Shown here one piece after another: positions 23,772-38,046 of a DNA stretch of 64,000 nucleotides. The translations under genes were made by a program, and so were the position numbers. Source of the DNA: Octopus sinensis. Taxonomy: Eukaryota. The stretch spans positions 47,761 to 111,760 of the forward strand of contig NW_021834251.1 of NCBI RefSeq assembly GCF_006345805.1. Direction: 5' to 3'. Below the pieces are notes generated by a model. That model was not told the DNA's origin, did not search any database, and saw only the letters and a list, made by a program, of their open reading frames with translations. Each line of letters begins with the position of its first letter. Within the stretch, counting starts at the first letter, position 1.

Positions 23772-25844
23772 CATATATATATGTATTATGTATATCTATA
23801 TGGCTCTCCAGTCGCGGACGAGAAAGGGAGTCACTGACCATTAAGAATGTTCTTTAGGCATGACTCTCAGAAGTGACTCTCATAAAAAAAGACATGCAGA
23901 GAATGGCAATGGTAAACCTTTGGTGTCATTTACTTGTGCTTTAGACCATGGTGCTTCTACATTTCTTGTCCACGATCAATATTGGCACTAAGTATTTTCG
24001 TTTCAAAAATTTGGACACATGTGAAAAGCGAAACTTTTTTCTCATTTAAATCTGACTGAATTGAGAAAAATTGTGTCTATATAAGCACCGACAGAACGGA
24101 CTCCTGAATAAAGGATGAATTTTTCTACTATTTTATCTTTATTTTAGCTTGTTTATAAGCGTCGTGTAGAGAATCAGATTCAAGGAGTGATAGGGTACGG
24201 TTCGTGATGTGGGATTTTTGATGAGATAAAGAGTGAAGAAAAGAATGAAATGGACAAAGACCAAGATAAAAGAATCGGTGTAGAAAATATTGAAAAGACT
24301 CTTCAAAAAGTTCGTTTAAACCATGTATAAATAAGTGTATATTGAAGGCAGTGTTTACACATATAAAGAGGGAAGGAATTTTTGACGGAAGGGAAAAAAA
24401 CTAACGCAAGACTGAAATAAAAAGAAAATGAGAAGTTTATAGGAAAGGAAAAATATATTTTACAAAATTAAAAAATTTGGGTTGTGGGGTGCGCGAAGAT
24501 AATAGGAATGTTCAAGAAAATCTAGAAATGGAATAAGTTTAATAGATTCAATTTCTTCAAGATAATTTAACGAGAAAACAGTGAAAAATAATATCGTTGG
24601 GATATTATTAATCGAAAGGTATTAATCGCAAGCGAAATAGAAAACGAAAAAAGAAATATTTAACAACGTGTTTGCAAGAAATTTAAATTTTTTTCTTTAT
24701 AAAATGCATGTCGAACTTAAGATAAAATAAAGAATTACTCAGACAGCATGAAACGCATGTAGATAAGAACTGCGTTAAATGGCGTTGCTTGTTCTATCAT
24801 TATTTATTATATTTTAAAAGTAATCACTGTACATTGATACGGAACTAAAAGTATTACGGTAAAATTGTTGCAAATAGTTTTTCTATGCTATTCGGTATCC
24901 TGGTAAATGTATCTCTTGGATCTGCTGTTAGATATTTATTGTGTTAAAACTATATCTCAAACTACGATTGTCAAAACAGTTGCTATAGTGAGGACAACTG
25001 TTTTGAGGAATGCATTTATAGCTATTGTAAGACCCTATCATATTTTTTTGAAGCGTAATGCTAAATTGTGATAATAATCAGCTTAGTGAAATATTCAGAA
25101 AAAGACTAGTTAACATTTAATGAAATTCAGGTGAAGAATTTATGGTACCTACTATTTGGCGAAAATTGAAAATTAAATTTAAAAATTTTTAGTAATATTC
25201 GACTTCACGTTTAAACTAAATGTTAGGTTTTACCAGAGAATATTTCTTGGTGTATTTTTATGAGCGTGAGGAATATATTGAATGTTATCGAAAAAGTATT
25301 GATAAGCACAAATACATGTTTCTTCATTACAGGAGAAGTATAAAGATATCAGTTTACTGATATTAAAAAATTAAGTTACAAAGAATGAATGGGCACGAGA
25401 AATTTCTGAAATAACATTTTATTATAATATTCAGAGGAACAGAATTTATTCATATCTAAATTTAAAGAGACACCTAGAAAATAATAAGCCATAGTCAGAT
25501 TGATATAATTTGTATTTCAAATGCGTTTTAAAAATAAAACTTTTGAGACATTTTCTCGTCCTTAGGGTCGCTCATGTTGCATACAATTAAAAAACCGCAG
25601 TCCATATAGTGACCTTTTCTGGCGTGTACCCATACCATCTTGTTTCTGTTGTTACTCTATAGTGTTGGCATAGCGTTCAGTGTAAACAGGTCCCAACTCT
25701 GTGTTGTCTGTGAATATATTCCTTTTTATCCAGGACTGGGCAGCCAGAGACAATATGGTTTATAAAAGAACTCCTTCTGAATGTGAAGGAAATAGATTTT
25801 TATTTTAGAGGACATTATGAATATGCTTAACTACTCAACGTAGA

Positions 25845-27070
25845 ATGTTTCAACCGCAGCGTGCAAAATTCCAACCAGGCACCACCTGCAAGGTCATGTG
25901 CTGTTTATTTTGATCTGAGATCACTATGTCGAGCGTATATGGTTGTGATGAATGTGCCTAATGTACCCTAATAAAATGGGTAGTCATAATAGGTATACTG
26001 AGCTTCGTATATTTGTGCCACAGTGGCACTTTTCTCTCACTCAGTAATAATAACACTCTTTTGACTTTGTATAAATGATGGGCTACACCAAAAATTCTGT
26101 TCAGTAACGCATATTTGTTTGTCACTTGCCATATTCCTTAGTGGCTGATAATATGTGCACATCTGGTGACGCGCAAAGTAGTGAGGAAACATCATAGCCA
26201 TCTATTGAGTGGAATTCTTTGGAGTTTAGATAATTCACCTCTGGAAACATGTGCGTTTTGTTCGTCGTCTTTAAGCAAACCTTATTTATGAACCTTTTTG
26301 AGTGGGATGGGCTACTCAACGTGAAAAAAATTCTAAGTGGGCCCCATTTGCAAGGTTTTCCAGCTGTTTATCTAGATATGAGATCAGTATGTCGGGCACG
26401 TATAGTTGTGATTCATGTGCCTTGTGTACCTTTATCAGACGAGAAGTCATGATGAGTATAATGGGCTTCGTATATTTTACTCCAGTGTTTCTTTGATGGA
26501 ATGTTCTGCTTTCTCACATACTACTACTACTACTACTACCACCACCACCACCACCACCACCACACCACCACCACCACCAGGTATATTGCTTTGTCCTGGT
26601 AAAAAAAAGATGTGCTACAGCAAATATTCTGCTCAATATCACAGATTTGCTTGTTCCATGATTGATCTTAAAAAGTTGTGCATGGCCCTAGCGGGTGACA
26701 ATATGTGCATCTCTGATCACGAGCAGAAATAGTGAGGCAGCAATATAGCCATGTGTTGAAAGGAATTCTCAGGGATTTGGATAATTCACCTTTGAAAACA
26801 TGCGTGTTTCATTCAGCATCTTTAAACAACACTTATTCGGGGATCTTTCGAGTGCGATGGGCTACTCGACCTGAAGAAAATTATAAGTGAACCACCCCCT
26901 GCAAGGTCACGCGCTCCTTATCTTGATATTAGATCACCATGTTGCGCACATATGGTTGTGATGCATGTGTCTGGTGAAGCCTTATCAGACGGGTAGTCAT
27001 GATGGGTATACTGCGCTTCGAATATTTTACCTCAGCGTTATTTTGATGGCATACGCTGCTCTCTCTCATT
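25845..27070 (+). mobile_element. Three diverged tandem copies of a ~480-bp unclassified retroposon-like repeat (25845-26048 partial, 26085-26520, 26598-27070)
   Basis: Shared blocks caaggt..gctgttt..tga(g)atca..atgtc, gtcatgatg.gtata.tg.gcttcg.atattt and tctctcac, each followed by a trinucleotide tail. Confidence 0.75.
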
Positions 27071-27074
27071 TAAT

Positions 27075-27118
<44 letters not shown>

Positions 27119-27156
27119 TAATAATAATAATAATAACAATAATAATAATAATGATG

Positions 27157-27213
<57 letters not shown>

Positions 27214-27265
27214 TTAATAATAATAATAATAATAATGAAAATAATAATAATAATAATAATAATGA
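27075..27265. repeat. (AAT)n microsatellite
   Basis: Direct reading. Confidence 0.97.
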
Positions 27266-27485
27266 AGTAAATACATCATTACGAGTGATTCACAATTTAG
27301 TACCTTGCAATTTGTGAACCACAATGATCACCCACACACCTCATATTTCTTCACATCTTATTGCTCAAACACCTCTCTATTTGAAGAAGAAAGAATAAAA
27401 ATGAAGGAAAACACGCACAATATATTTCTCAATGAACTCAATCTATTCCAAACCGTGACCTGATGGAATATATATATACATATAT

Positions 27486-27517
<32 letters not shown>

Positions 27518-27549
27518 ATATATATATCCTATATATATATATGTACATA

Positions 27550-27584
<35 letters not shown>

Positions 27585-27619
27585 GTGTATGCATGTGTGT
27601 ATGTATATATATATATATA

Positions 27620-27746
27620 TGTATTATGTACGTATATAGAGATAAATGTGTGTATATATATGTGTGTGTGTCAATAAACATATGCGTATACATATTATTT
27701 TCAATGTACATATATGTATATCTATCATTCTCTCTCCCTCTCTGTC

Positions 27747-27809
<63 letters not shown>

Positions 27810-28297
27810 GTTTATATATATAAATACATATATATGTATATATATGTATATAATTATATATATATATATGACTGCAATACATGCAAGAACTTGTTATTTC
27901 ATTTATGGTTTCCTTTCTGTTTTTGTTATTTATTACAGAGAGTGAAATTTTGAAGCAAAATTTTCTCTTCATTTGGTGATATTGTTCACTGCTTCGCAAA
28001 CTTCAGTAGCAAATCTATCATTGCCAATGTTTCTAGTTTCTCCGGAGTGAATTGCATGTACAGTTGATAGGTTTTCAATAGCGGTCGTTTAACTGGCAGC
28101 GGTTTATATGTTGTTTTGGCCGAAGACCATCTACAATTACCTTGGTTGTAATGATCCCAAACCAATCCAGAATGCCGAGGTTAGTAAAGTATAACAAAGT
28201 AAAATTAATTGCAGATGTCTTCTATGTTACACATAACACCACTGGCATGCAAACGTGTGTGTGTATACATATATATATATAATATATGTATATATAA

Positions 28298-28355
<58 letters not shown>

Positions 28356-28679
28356 ATATATACATGCATACATATATATACATATATATATGTATGTATA
28401 TATCTATATATATAAATATATATATATATATAATATATAAATATATATGTAATATATATTTAAATATACATTTTCACCTGAATCAATATATATCATATAT
28501 ATGTATACATATATATATTATAATGTATTTATGTACGTATATAGAGATAAATGTGTGTATATATATGTGTGTGTGTCAATAAACATATGCGTATACATAT
28601 TATTTTCAATGTACATATATGTATATCTATCATTCTCTCTCCCTCTCTGTCTGTGTGTGTATATATATATATTATATAT

Positions 28680-28724
<45 letters not shown>

Positions 28725-29189
28725 ATATGTATATATGTATATAATTATATATATATATATGACTGCAATACATGCAAGAACTTGTTATTTCATTTATGGT
28801 TTCCTTTCTGTTTTTGTTATTTATTACAGAGAGTGAAATTTTGAAGCAAAATTTTCTCTTCATTTGGTGATATTGTTCACTGCTTCGCAAACTTCAGTAG
28901 CAAATCTATCATTGCCAATGTTTCTAGTTTCTCCGGAGTGAATTGCATGTACAGTTGATAGGTTTTCAATAGCGGTCGTTTAACTGGCAGCGGTTTATAT
29001 GTTGTTTTGGCCGAAGACCATCTACAATTACCTTGGTTGTAATGATCCCAAACCAATCCAGAATGCCGAGGTTAGTAAAGTATAACAAAGTAAAATTAAT
29101 TGCAGATGTCTTCTATGTTACACATAACACCACTGGCATGCAAACGTGTGTGTGTATACATATATATATATATACATATGTATATATAA

Positions 29190-29247
<58 letters not shown>

Positions 29248-29420
29248 ATATATACATTCATACATATATATACATATATATATGTATGTATATATCTATA
29301 TATATAAATATATATATATATATAATATATAAATATATATGTAATATATATTTAAATATACATTTTCACCTGAATCAATATATATCATATATATGTATAC
29401 ATATATATATATATAATGTA
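27620..29420. repeat. Near-identical ~900-bp tandem duplication
   Basis: Unique core gactgcaatacatgcaag...ggcatgcaaacg at ~27870-28258 and ~28761-29148 looks identical; only (TA)n lengths differ. Confidence 0.93.
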
Positions 29421-29869
29421 TCATATATCACATATATTATACCCACACAAGCACTCATTCGAAGCGTTCGCGTGCGCACACGTACATACATACATACATG
29501 TATACATAAATACATAGGAATACGCAATCGTATAGATGTGTTCGTATATGTATGAGTGTGTCCTACAGGCGTGCTTTATGAACGTGAATGCATTTGTACA
29601 AATTATATGTATGCGGACAGAATATTCAAAGATATATTGCCTGATGATATTCGGCCTTATATATACGTGTATGTACACACAGGTATACATACATATTAAG
29701 AACGGGGTCCTTTTGCGGTGGGGGTGGAAGTTCTACTGAATACACGTTGTTTAGTTAAAAACACTTAAGAGAGTAACAGAAAAGTGTTTTTCTGTTAAAC
29801 CATATTGAATAGTAATGAGTCTTACTAGTTCGTAGTGGTTTTGTAGCTACGGTGTTTATTCGAATATTC

Positions 29870-29975
29870 ACGTGTTGTGCGGGGAGGTAATAACGTTATT
29901 TTCTGCGATGAATCTTGGTAGGAAGGGGTCCTGCAAAATTCCCCGATCTAAGGTTATCGCAAAAGTCCTGGTTGG
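29870..29975 (+). mobile_element. Possible internally deleted Tc1-like remnant
   Basis: NNVIFCDES (cf. Tc1 VLFSDES) followed out of frame by PAKFPDL (cf. WPANSPDL); short and weak. Confidence 0.3.
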
Positions 29976-30333
29976 AGGCACAAAATTCCGAGTTTCTTTT
30001 ATAAGGCCTAGAGAAACTCAAGGACCTCTGCAATAAGTGTGAAACTGAGGGAGTATGTTAAACAAAGCCGTAATTAACAGATCCTCCTGTATCTTTTTTA
30101 CCCAAAGCCAGGAACTTCTCAGCTCTTCCTCCTATGTTGTGAATTTAGAGTAGGTGGAGGCTATTTTGTGCTGCGGGTTAGTAAGATCAGCTTTTAAGCA
30201 ATACATGTGCGACTCGATTCCTTTGTTCAGATATGCCTCCTTCACCTCTCTACATTTTTTAATCTATGAGGCACGATTTGTATTGTAATTTCTCACTGCT
30301 TCCTGTATAGAAACCGAACGTAAACGTAAACAT

Positions 30334-30610
30334 CGCCCTTACAAGCCTAACCAGGCTCATGGGCCCGGTTTCCCGGTTTCTGTGGCGCAAATGCTCCCCC
30401 TCCCAGCTGGACGGGACGCCAGTCGATCGCAGTGTTACTCAGCAAACCGGAAGAGAGAGTGAGAGAAAGTTGTGGCGAAAGTTTACAACAGGAGTCGCCA
30501 CCAACGTGTTTTCACTCAACAAACACACACAACGCCCGGTCTGGGAATCGAGACTGTAATCTTCCGAGCGCGAATCCGCTGCCCTAACACTTGGGCCATT
30601 GCGCCTCCAC
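30334..30610 (-). mobile_element. SINE family 3 copy (M1, V-like block, tail T1)
   Basis: Reverse complement colinear with 4753-5056. Confidence 0.88.
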
Positions 30611-31018
30611 ATAGAATCCAAACGTACTACGATATAATTATCATAATATGAAGAAGGAATGTGTGATGTATATGTTTTCTAAAGCTGTTAACTGATATTT
30701 GGCACATAAATAACTGAAATATTGCATAGTGGAACACGTTTTTAAGAGGGGAAGGTCATGGACGCTCCCTACCATTTTTTCTTTTTCTCCAGATACAGTA
30801 ACAATATTTATTATATACTCTTCAACACCAAAAAATTCTTTGAAACACAGAATCATCTTATCAATATCGTCATCGTCTCACCGTCGTTACCGTCATCCAC
30901 ACGATCATTATTATCATCATGATCATCATGATCCTCATCATCAACATCAGCATCGTCATCATCAATACCACTAACAAAACCACCACCACCAACAACAACA
31001 ACAATTCCAACCCACGCC

Positions 31019-31052
<34 letters not shown>

Positions 31053-31570
31053 TCATCGATACCATCGACTGTCATTTCGAATTAGTCAGTTCCATAGTTG
31101 CTTCGACATGCCGTATCTGATTAGACGATTCCTAAAGAAAGGTCGTGTCGATATGGCATAAGAAAATGGTGGTATTGATTAGCGCCATTCAGCTGCTGAT
31201 TAATCGATAATGCCATGTAAGACAGGTGAGCAAGGAACGCTAGGTGGTTATAAGTAGGAACGACGGACAACTATAGACAGGTATAGGCAGGTACACACAA
31301 ATATATATTACAGGTATATAACAGTAGTTATACATACACGTTCACATATACATGCAGAGATGCACGTACACGCGAAGATATGAGTGTACGTATTTATGTG
31401 ATATATATGTATATGTGTATATATGGTTACGTATATATGTCATACACATACATATATGTATATGCTTGTATGCATATATACATAAACATGTGTATCAATA
31501 TATATATATATATGTTATATATATATATATATATTATATATATATATTATATATATATATATATATATAT

Positions 31571-31623
<53 letters not shown>

Positions 31624-31927
31624 TGTATGTATGTTTGTGGGTATGTACATATGTCTGTGTGAGATTATATATGTATGCGTTCCAGCATTGACACGTAAAA
31701 GAGATATTTGACAAGTTTCCTATAGACAGTGAAAGACACACGCGTACATTCCTCTCCTCAAACTCACACACACACACACGTTCATACATACATACATACA
31801 CATAGTGTGTAAGTGGGTGGCACACATAGACATCTCTAGATAAACAGATAGATAGATACATAAATAGATAAAAATATATACAAGTATGTACATATACACA
31901 TGTATGAATAAATATATATATACATTA

Positions 31928-32025
31928 TTTTTCTACTCTAGGCACAAGGCCCGAAATTCGGTGGGAGGGATCCAGTCGAATAGATCGAACCAGAATGCAA
32001 CTGGTACTTGATTTATCGACTCTAA
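31928..32025 (-). mobile_element. SINE family 2, 3' fragment with short tail
   Basis: ttttctactctaggcacaaggcccgaaatt...aactggtacttgatttatcgac. Confidence 0.8.
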
Positions 32026-32034
32026 ATAGTTACA

Positions 32035-32495
32035 GTGGTTATCACGTAATGATAGGCCAGTGCCACAACCAAAACCAGAACTCCATCCACAAAAAATACT
32101 TGCTCTGTGTTTGGTGCAGCATGAAAGATATTTCCATTATGTGCTACTGAACATGGAAGGACTATCAATGCAGGTGTCTTGCCAATAACTTGATCGTGTA
32201 AATGCAAAGTTACGTTGAATGTGGCCAGTTTTGGTAAACAGAAAAGGTGTTATTCGCCAGTATGGCAATGCACTGCCACACTCTTCAAAACAAACCCAAG
32301 AACAAAATAAGCTATCAGGATGGAATGCTCGTCCACATTCTCCATACTTACCTGACTTGAATTAATTTTTAGAAATGAGCAGAGGATGTCTTCAAGAGCT
32401 ATTTTAACAACAAAAAATGAAACCGTTAATAAGCTAACTGAAAGAAATTATGGAAAAACTTTCGGGAAATGTTATTGATTATATATTAAAACGTA
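32035..32495 (+). mobile_element. Degenerate mariner transposase (central catalytic region)
   Basis: PKPELHPQK..CVWCSMK...LDR...WPVLVNRKGVI.QYGNALPH...GWNARPHSPYLPDL, with frameshifts. Confidence 0.8.
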
Positions 32496-32839
32496 TAGAG
32501 TGTACAGCAAGAGAAAATCTGTCTTTTCTCTATCCTCCTGAATTTTGAATTCTATAAATATATGTGGCCTTCCTCCTGAAGATCAAGACTGTCGCTCCAC
32601 TAATGTTATTACAAAATATGGATCTCACTCAAGATCACTGCACTGGCAGTCGCTACACGATGAAACTCAGCAGCGCTGATATTCGAGCCGTGCTGACCAT
32701 TTCTTGAATTTCTCTTCAGCTCTCTGACATGGATTTAGCATTCACTGTACAAGTATTGCGATTCCTCAATCATTAGTTGCCAATAAGTAAGAGACAAGAA
32801 CAAAAGTTTCGAAAGACATGTCTTGTATCTGCCATATCA

Positions 32840-33225
32840 TTTATTCTCTCGAAAAACGACAGCGCCCTGGTGATCTCATTCTCGCCCACAACATCATAAG
32901 CGGAAAGTGTAAACTCTCGAAAGAGCTGTTCTTCACTCCTGCTCCAGAGCGTGGGCTGCGGGGTCACTCCGAAAGGCTCTATCTACGACGATTTCATCTC
33001 AATCGAAGGAGAGGGGCTTTCTCCGTCCGGGTTGCGGATCCGTGGAATAAGCTGCCGGACGAGATAGTGAAGATGCAGACGACCGCTCGGTTCAAAGTCT
33101 CTCTTGACCAGAAATGGCCTGAACTCTTTGTATGACCACCCTCCCTGTACATAACTCCCTGTCCCCCTACATGGCCTTGCTTTTGCTTTTTGAGCCAATA
33201 AAAAATGAATTGAATTGAATTGAAT
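32840..33225 (+). mobile_element. 5'-truncated CR1 LINE (ORF2 C-terminus, 3' UTR, (TGAAT)n tail)
   Basis: YSLEKRQRPGDLI...GLRGHSERL...FSVRVADPWNKLPDEIV...FKVSLD is the typical CR1 C-terminus; aataaaaaatgaattgaattgaattgaa tail. Confidence 0.92.
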
Positions 33226-33949
33226 ATCCTGTGTGCATACATGGACAATTTTATATTACTAACAGTAGAGAAGGAGACCTTGAAAATCAGCGCGTTTATG
33301 CAAGCTAAGCAGAATTCTTTGCAACAGCCAAGAAGAGACGAAATAATAGAAAAATATCTGTGACACGGAATGTTGTTTATCATCAAGTTATGTAATGAGA
33401 TATTGTTCAAAGGATATACTTATTCTGTTGAATATGAAAAACTAGTATTTTGAATGATCAACAGCATTCAGTGGTTATTAGTCAATCTGAACATTATTTG
33501 AACAATTTATGGAGGTACCTGCATGATTAACAAATATTTTTACCGGCAGCTTAGCGACGAATAATGAGAGGATGATAATATAGAAAATAATATTTAGTCA
33601 CACATGAAAAATAATACTCGTATGAAATGTCTAGTTGGTTCAAAGTAATTTGTAATCGTATTAAGGACATTGCTAGATATCTAATTATATATGAAATCAA
33701 AGTGTGTTCATAATGGAAATAGGTCAAATATCTGAATAGATGTTAGCACGATGATCGTGTGAACATATAGAGAATGTATCTCATTATGAATCAAAGGAGT
33801 TACTAATAGATTTGAGAAGGCGAAATAGCAGCCACACTATTTAGAAGTTTGGCTTGAGACTTGAAGTATGTTATTGCAACATTAGGGTTAATTCTAGCTT
33901 TTCATGTTAAAGCGGAATTGGAGTATCATAATTAATAAATGTACATTAA

Positions 33950-33952
33950 AGA

Positions 33953-33989
<37 letters not shown>

Positions 33990-34022
33990 CTTCTTCTTCT
34001 TCTTCTTCTTCTTCTATTCTTC

Positions 34023-34090
<68 letters not shown>

Positions 34091-34115
34091 ATTATTATTA
34101 TTATTATCATTACTA
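33950..34115. repeat. (TTG)n-(TTC)n-(TTA)n compound microsatellite
   Basis: Direct reading. Confidence 0.96.
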
Positions 34116-34444
34116 TTTTTCATAAAGGTCTTTTAATAGAGGAGTTGAGAAACAAAAGCATTAGTTCAAAAAAGTTGATATCAAATAAGGTTGTGAATAT
34201 AAATTTACCCAATGAAATAGATTAAAATAAGGGGTCAAATTGTTATTAGTAGGTATTCAAGTACAATAATCAAAGGAACGTGAAATGTAAGTGCGATGAA
34301 GTACAAAAACAAAAAGCAAAAAGGAAATATTTATGAAGGATTCCAAAGTTGGAAATACCTTTTATATTATAGGATAGAATACAAAAGTCATAGAAAAATT
34401 AATCTGGTGTTGTGGAATGTAATTCTATGAGGATTATATATTAT

Positions 34445-34635
34445 TTCGAACAAGGTTCTCGGCATAATGGGCAAGTTTCTTCTACAGTAGCCCCGGGCCG
34501 ACCAAGGTTTGGTAGACGGAAACCTGTCGTATATACATTTATAAATGCGTGTGTGTGTTTGTGTGTGTTTGTGTCTGTGTTTGTTCTTCCAGCTCCCCTT
34601 ATTGGTGTGTTTGCGTTCCTGTTACATAAATAGTA
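34445..34635 (+). mobile_element. SINE family 1, diverged and deleted copy
   Basis: gggcaagtttcttctacagtagccccgggccgaccaagg-tttggtagacggaaac. Confidence 0.75.
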
Positions 34636-35227
34636 CGGACAAGCATGTACACACACACACACACACCACACACACACACACACATGCATACGCATACGGA
34701 CATATAGAGGCGCATATGCGTACACAACAGGTGCACGTACATACACACAAATTCAAATGCATGGACACATTCAAGCTCCTACGCAGGAAGAATTAGAAGT
34801 ACATACACAAACGCACAGACACACATACATACACAAATACACAAGCACACACATAGAGAGGCATGAATATGCAGGAGTATACTACATACATATATACATA
34901 CATACATACATACATACATACATACATACATACATGCATACATACATACGCAAGCATAATGGCACGCACACACGCAAGCAACAAGGTCTCAAGCAGACAA
35001 GCGGAGCTTCCATAGAACGATTAAGACGAAAGAAATTGGAAAGGTTGTAAGTAAAAACGAAAAATCTTTGACAAACAAAAACAAAACAAATGACTCAGAG
35101 CTTAACCAAATTAAACGAACAATCGATTATTTAGTAGAATACTTAAAGAATTGTCTATTAATAAAACAGTGGAATTGAACAAGTGTGTGTCTTAATTATA
35201 TTGGCATAATTACTGTCCCTTTACGCC

Positions 35228-35398
35228 ACTACACATTCTTTATTTTCTCTCCATGTTTCTTTATGTGTTCCGTTCTGTGGAAGAGCGTAGGCTCGAAACG
35301 TTGAAGACTTTTCATTTCACGAGCGTTATACCAATACATCTGTTTGTTGTCTACACCACCTGTCTTCGTCTTCTGGGTTATTTTTGTGAATTCTCCCC
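35228..35398 (+). mobile_element. Family A element with hammerhead-like motif (35271-35304)
   Basis: gtt CTGTGGA A GAGC gtag GCTC GAAAC GTT gaag; ends gaattctcccc into (TA)n. Confidence 0.8.
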
Positions 35399-35543
35399 AA
35401 TATATATATATATATATATACATATAGATATATTTATCCACACATATATATAATATATAATATATATACATATATGCATATATATATATATATATACATG
35501 CATACATACACACACACACACAAACACACACAAACACACACTC

Positions 35544-35600
<57 letters not shown>

Positions 35601-35622
35601 ATACATGCATATATACATGCAA

Positions 35623-35659
<37 letters not shown>

Positions 35660-36715
35660 TCACGGTTCTTTCACTTCCTGTCTACCCGATCTACTCACAA
35701 GTTTTGGTTGACCCGTGGCTATAGTAGAAAACATTTATATATGTGAATCTTCCTGTGTTTGTGAATATTCGTATATGTGTGTATTTAGTGCGTGCGTGTA
35801 CATATGTGTGGGATCGAATGAGCAATAAAGAACACGCGAGACGCGCTTGGGAGTTTATCATCGCAAAAGCTTACTGAAACTGTTTGACTCTCTCCTTCTT
35901 ATCTGCAGATGAAATATATCATCGAATTGATTAAGTGCATATAGAACGGTGATATCTCGGCCCCGAGGTCGGGGGTTCATATACCGCCATACTGACTGAG
36001 CATCGTCCATGAGGCCACTGACACTTGGTGGGGGTTTGGCGAGTAAGGAAGTCATAAATTCGTTGAAATAAAAGAAACAACAGTTAATTAATGAGGGTTT
36101 AAATAGTAGGCAAAATGCGTATTACTTTGCGGAAGTTGAACGCTGCCAAAATGTGCCTTGGTAATGTGGACAGCGAGATAAAAGCAAAGACAAACCATCT
36201 ATGTATCTTGCCAAGAAACATTTATGCCTGAAATGCTTATCTCTTTGGAAACTTCTATCGTATATATATATATATATATATATCCAGAAGAACTCCGTTC
36301 TAAGTCCTAATGGTCTCTGGTAGAAATTTGCGATGGTTAGTCATTAATCATCGCTATGATTGATCGGTAAAATATTTCATTCGGAGACGCTTTTGCAATT
36401 GTTCAACAGTTTTCATGATACATTGAGGAATGATTAATACAATGTACGTGCACAGAAACACACTCACACACACACACACACGCGCGCGCACACACACTCT
36501 GTCTCTCTCTCTATCTATATCTCTCTCTATCAATCTCTTTCTCTCTCTCTCACTTACACACGCACACACATGCAAAGCTGAGTGTATGCAAGCACGAAAA
36601 CACGCAGGTACACTCACACACACACAAACACACAGACATGATTAGTTTGTGGTAATCTCTCAGATTATAATAAAATTGCAAGCCTTTGATTATTGTGTCT
36701 GCAATCCAAAATGCA

Positions 36716-36749
<34 letters not shown>

Positions 36750-36884
36750 TATTATTATTATTATTATCATTATTACTATCATTACTATTACTATTACTAT
36801 TATTATTATTATTATCATTATCATTATTATTAATTATTATTATTTTATTATTATATTATAATATTATTATTATTATTATTATTA

Positions 36885-37017
36885 CTTCTACTCAAGGAGA
36901 AGCTAGTCTATTACATCGACACCAGTGCGTAACTGGTACTTATTTCAATGACCTAAAAAGGATGAAACAAGTTGAACTCAGACGAATTTGAACTCAGAAC
37001 GTAGCGACGGCCGAAAA
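36885..37017 (-). mobile_element. SINE family 2 fragment
   Basis: cagtgcgtaactggtacttattt...gaatttgaactcagaacgtagcg. Confidence 0.78.
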
Positions 37018-37030
37018 TTTGTTGTTGTTA

Positions 37031-37067
<37 letters not shown>

Positions 37068-37071
37068 TATT

Positions 37072-37102
<31 letters not shown>

Positions 37103-37196
37103 TATTATTATTATTATTATTATTATATTATTATTATTATTATTATTAATATATTATTATTATTATTATTATTATATTATTATTATTATTATTATT

Positions 37197-37740
37197 ATCT
37201 TGAGCAAGACACTTTATTTCACGTTTCTCCAGTCTATTCAACTGGCTAAAAGGAAGAGTACCAGTAATTCAAATAGCCAGCCTTGTCACATTATATGTCA
37301 AGATGAATCTCTCTTAGAACGACGCTCAGAGAACGCGTGACTGTCAAATGATCACTCTCTTCCATGTTGATGTCTTGCAAACAATTTGCACATGCAAGTG
37401 CTACCAATCAAAAGCTCCGTATACCGGAAGCCAGCAAGTGTATGGGGACATCAGGAGAGAATGCGCGCCGTTTCGGGGCCTACCCCTCAACGGCATTAAT
37501 GTGCACCGGCCCCCATCACTGATATGAGTCCCCGCTTGCTAGATCAGCTGGTTATGAAGTTAAACTCAATATCCTTCGAGCCATCACTCATCGTCTCTTT
37601 TTAACCAAATCCAGTGGCTAGCCTTCTCCACTGTAGATTGGATATTGACTTTACGATGAGTTAGGCCCAGCGATAACAACAGTGAACTGTTCCGTTGATT
37701 AGATAAGCTGGAACACCGTTGTCAGCCATTGGAGTCCAAT
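37197..37740 (+). mobile_element. SINE with CORE-like middle M2 and a third tail type, apparently split by ~330 bp of unclassified sequence (~37345-37680)
   Basis: tcttgagcaagacactttatttcacgtttctccagtctattcaactggc matches M2 of 8265-8480; possible continuation ctgttccgttgattagataagctggaac at ~37688. Confidence 0.55.
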
Positions 37741-37999
37741 GTCCAATGGTCAAAGATTAGTGACACGCTTGAAACTCAGAGTACCTAGGAATTTGAATCG
37801 AGGTGCTTTGATCCATACATGTAACTCCCAATAAATAGGTTGAGTGCTCTACTTTCGTTTGTCTACTCATTCGTATATATGTGTATGTGTGAGTATGTAT
37901 GTATGTGTGTATACATGTGTACACATATATATATATATACACACATACACACACATATTTATATATACACAGAAACATACATACATACATACATGTATG

Positions 38000-38030
<31 letters not shown>

Positions 38031-38046
38031 TTATAAATATATATAC

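Noticed and set aside
27990-28185. Minus frame containing VWDHY, reminiscent of a BED zinc finger
   Set aside because: Lacks the CxxC and terminal His ligands.
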